From a virus (taxonomy: Duplodnaviria; Caudoviricetes): 64,000 nucleotides of DNA. The position numbers were made by a program, and so were the translations under genes. Below are positions 62,386-64,000 of the stretch, in pieces. Position 1 is the stretch's first letter; each line of letters opens with the position of its first letter. The notes below the pieces were generated by a model. The model did no database searches. It was not told the origin of the DNA and was given only the letters and a program-made list of their open reading frames with translations. Where the stretch lies: the IMG/VR virus record IMGVR_UViG_3300033463_000014, positions 32,001 through 96,000 of that record, one strand, 5' to 3'.

Positions 62386-62656
62386 TGTCTTCTCCTTGTT
62401 TCACTTCGGTTTCGGTTTCGTGAACGCTCCAGACAATGCACCCGCCGTCCGGGAGAACCAGTATGGCGTCGTCGTCCGTGTCGAACGGCGTCGTGTTTTC
62501 GTCCGGCGGCGAGTGCAGGTCCCGCTCGATATACTCTTCCTTGAAGTCGTCCACCATCGCGGAATGGGCATGGTCCCCATGCAGGAACGTGTAGCAGGCC
62601 GACCGTACGTAACCGTACTGGTTGAGCCAGATCTTTTCCAGAACCCACACTCTCAT
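62372..62656 (-). CDS. Hypothetical protein
   Basis: 94 aa; GGAGG RBS. Confidence 0.5.
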   Translation of the reverse strand: MRVWVLEKIWLNQYGYVRSACYTFLHGDHAHSAMVDDFKEEYIERDLHSPPDENTTPFDTDDDAILVLPDGGCIVWSVHETETEVKQGEDNAED

Positions 62657-62681
62657 CTGACCTCCGTCCTCACTGTAAGTT

Positions 62682-63659
62682 TCATTTCAGTTCGTCCTTG
62701 TCCCTGATGATGTTTTCGCTGCGTATGGTGTCGTGGCTGAACACGTCCCAGAGCCGCTCGCCGTCCCCGACGAACGCGTTGTAGGCGCTGTTCCAGTGAC
62801 GGTACACCTTGGCCTCGGAGAGGTCCTGCGTCCATGAGGCGCGAACCTTTCTGCCGTTTATGACGTCTGACTCGCGGCATAGGTACAGCTTCGTCTCTGG
62901 GTGCACGATCACCAGCTCGGGTATCGTCCACTCGTCCCCGACGAAACGCCCCGTGGCGTCGAACACGTCCGTGTCCTCGTTTTTCGAGAAGCCGATGTCG
63001 TCGACGGAGTCAACGTAGTACCCGCCGCACGAGTCGCCGTCCTCCCAGTCGCAGTCGTCGAACTCCCGCCCGTCGGGATAGACCCGCTTGAACGGGACGC
63101 GAGTCTCTTCGCGATACCAGAAGCACTCGCCGTCCAGATACTTCTGGAACAGCTCGAGCTCGCCTTCCGCCAATTTCCACAGATACCGCCTGAACTCCGT
63201 TTCGTCCTTGGCCTCTCGTCTGGACTTCGTTTCCTCGTCGTATAGCTCCATCCAGGGTCCGCACATCTTCTCGAAGCGCTCCCTGTCAGTCCACATATAC
63301 GCCGCGTTCCTGGTAGTGTCCCAGCCGCCGGGATCGCACGGGAACTCCCGTATCGACCCCATGCTGAGCGCGATCCCGGAGTGGATGTACGCGGAGACCG
63401 GGAACGCGACGACGCCTTCGCGGAATCCATACTCTCCCGTCCCATAGCCGTCCTCGTCCTCGATTTCGACGAGCGGGCTGACGTAATCCTTCCGCCGCTC
63501 GTTGCCGCAGAACTCCCTCGGGATGTTCGAGTGAAGCAGGAACACCTGGTCGTAATCGATGAGCGGGTTTGGGCCGTCGCGGTCCCAGTCGATGATGACG
63601 TGCGTTGACGCCTTGCTGGAGTCGCGCTCGTCAAGCGCCAGCACTTTTTTCTTGATCAT
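62682..63659 (-). CDS. Hypothetical phage protein
   Basis: 325 aa; PVSAYIHSGIALS...GGWD...ELELFQKYLDGECF...DSCGGYY pattern familiar from phage accessory proteins. Confidence 0.65.
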   Translation of the reverse strand: MIKKKVLALDERDSSKASTHVIIDWDRDGPNPLIDYDQVFLLHSNIPREFCGNERRKDYVSPLVEIEDEDGYGTGEYGFREGVVAFPVSAYIHSGIALSMGSIREFPCDPGGWDTTRNAAYMWTDRERFEKMCGPWMELYDEETKSRREAKDETEFRRYLWKLAEGELELFQKYLDGECFWYREETRVPFKRVYPDGREFDDCDWEDGDSCGGYYVDSVDDIGFSKNEDTDVFDATGRFVGDEWTIPELVIVHPETKLYLCRESDVINGRKVRASWTQDLSEAKVYRHWNSAYNAFVGDGERLWDVFSHDTIRSENIIRDKDELK

Positions 63660-64000
63660 TGTAGAACTTCTCCGTCTTGTCCACCCCCGAACGCTTCGTC
63701 CGCCTTTCCGTGCACCCTGTCCTGTAGCGTGGACTTCACGTACTCAAGCACCTCAGGCGGGACGTCGGATTTCACAATCTCGTCCGCTTCCAGACTCGAT
63801 TCGCCGGTCGCAAGCAAGACCGCGACATTCCAGTGGTGGTGATTGCATCCGACAAGGGTCCATCCGTTTGTCATTCCGATCTTCCCATCTTTCGTGCGGA
63901 CGAGCACGTCCTTTTCCCACTCGAACGCATCGAGTCGGCGGAGGTCCACGTCTTCCAGCAGAAATATTTCGAAGGGCACATATTCGCGGTCCTCTTTGTA
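63656..64000 (-). CDS. Hypothetical protein, 5' end outside the window
   Basis: Frame of the 63656-63979 ORF stays open to the window edge (YKEDREYVPF...). Confidence 0.55.
   Translation of the reverse strand, partial: YKEDREYVPFEIFLLEDVDLRRLDAFEWEKDVLVRTKDGKIGMTNGWTLVGCNHHHWNVAVLLATGESSLEADEIVKSDVPPEVLEYVKSTLQDRVHGKADEAFGGGQDGEVLQ

Noticed and set aside
61653-62410. Possible diversity-generating retroelement template/variable repeat pair
   Set aside because: Differences are not adenine-specific, include indels, both copies are intact ORFs, and no reverse transcriptase is in the window.
1-64000. Alternative genetic code (stop-codon reassignment)
   Set aside because: Genes are full length and densely packed under the standard code, and TAA, TAG and TGA all terminate well-supported genes.

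Overview
This 64 kb window is a segment of a large, GC-rich tailed phage with a contractile (myovirus-type) tail. Essentially every gene is on the minus strand. Read in transcription order (high to low coordinate) it has five blocks. (1) About 64-49.5 kb: small, tightly overlapping accessory genes, including a tandem duplication, DpnD/PcfM-like and Lar-like proteins, and two DUF6948-like + Gly-repeat pairs. (2) About 49.4-40.4 kb: hypotheticals, a lipoprotein metacaspase and a permuted NlpC/P60 enzyme. (3) About 40.4-34.6 kb: a terminase large subunit flanked by methyltransferase and glycosyltransferase genes, followed by a 119-nt tRNA-like element. (4) About 34.4-15.7 kb: putative internal virion proteins around a phage multisubunit RNA polymerase. 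(5) About 15.7-0 kb: prohead protease, scaffold, decoration protein, major capsid, neck, sheath, tube and a probable baseplate spike. The RNAP locus is the standout. A 2423-aa ORF fuses an InPase-like domain, LysM, a tail-lysozyme-like domain and a repeat-flanked cassette to RNAP beta (with a LAGLIDADG intein) and the N-terminal part of beta-prime, ending 54 aa after the catalytic NADFDGD motif. Those 54 aa look like the start of a Gln-initiated intein. The rest of that intein, plus the beta-prime continuation (TVNIHVP...), lies in a separate overlapping ORF in another frame with its own RBS and a sigma70-like promoter. This suggests a naturally split intein that would have to trans-splice to complete the polymerase active site. 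A K-x-A motif recurs in nearly all head-module proteins and between the RNAP polyprotein domains, suggesting a protease-processed virion cargo system. All assignments are from motif recognition by eye; no database searches were run.
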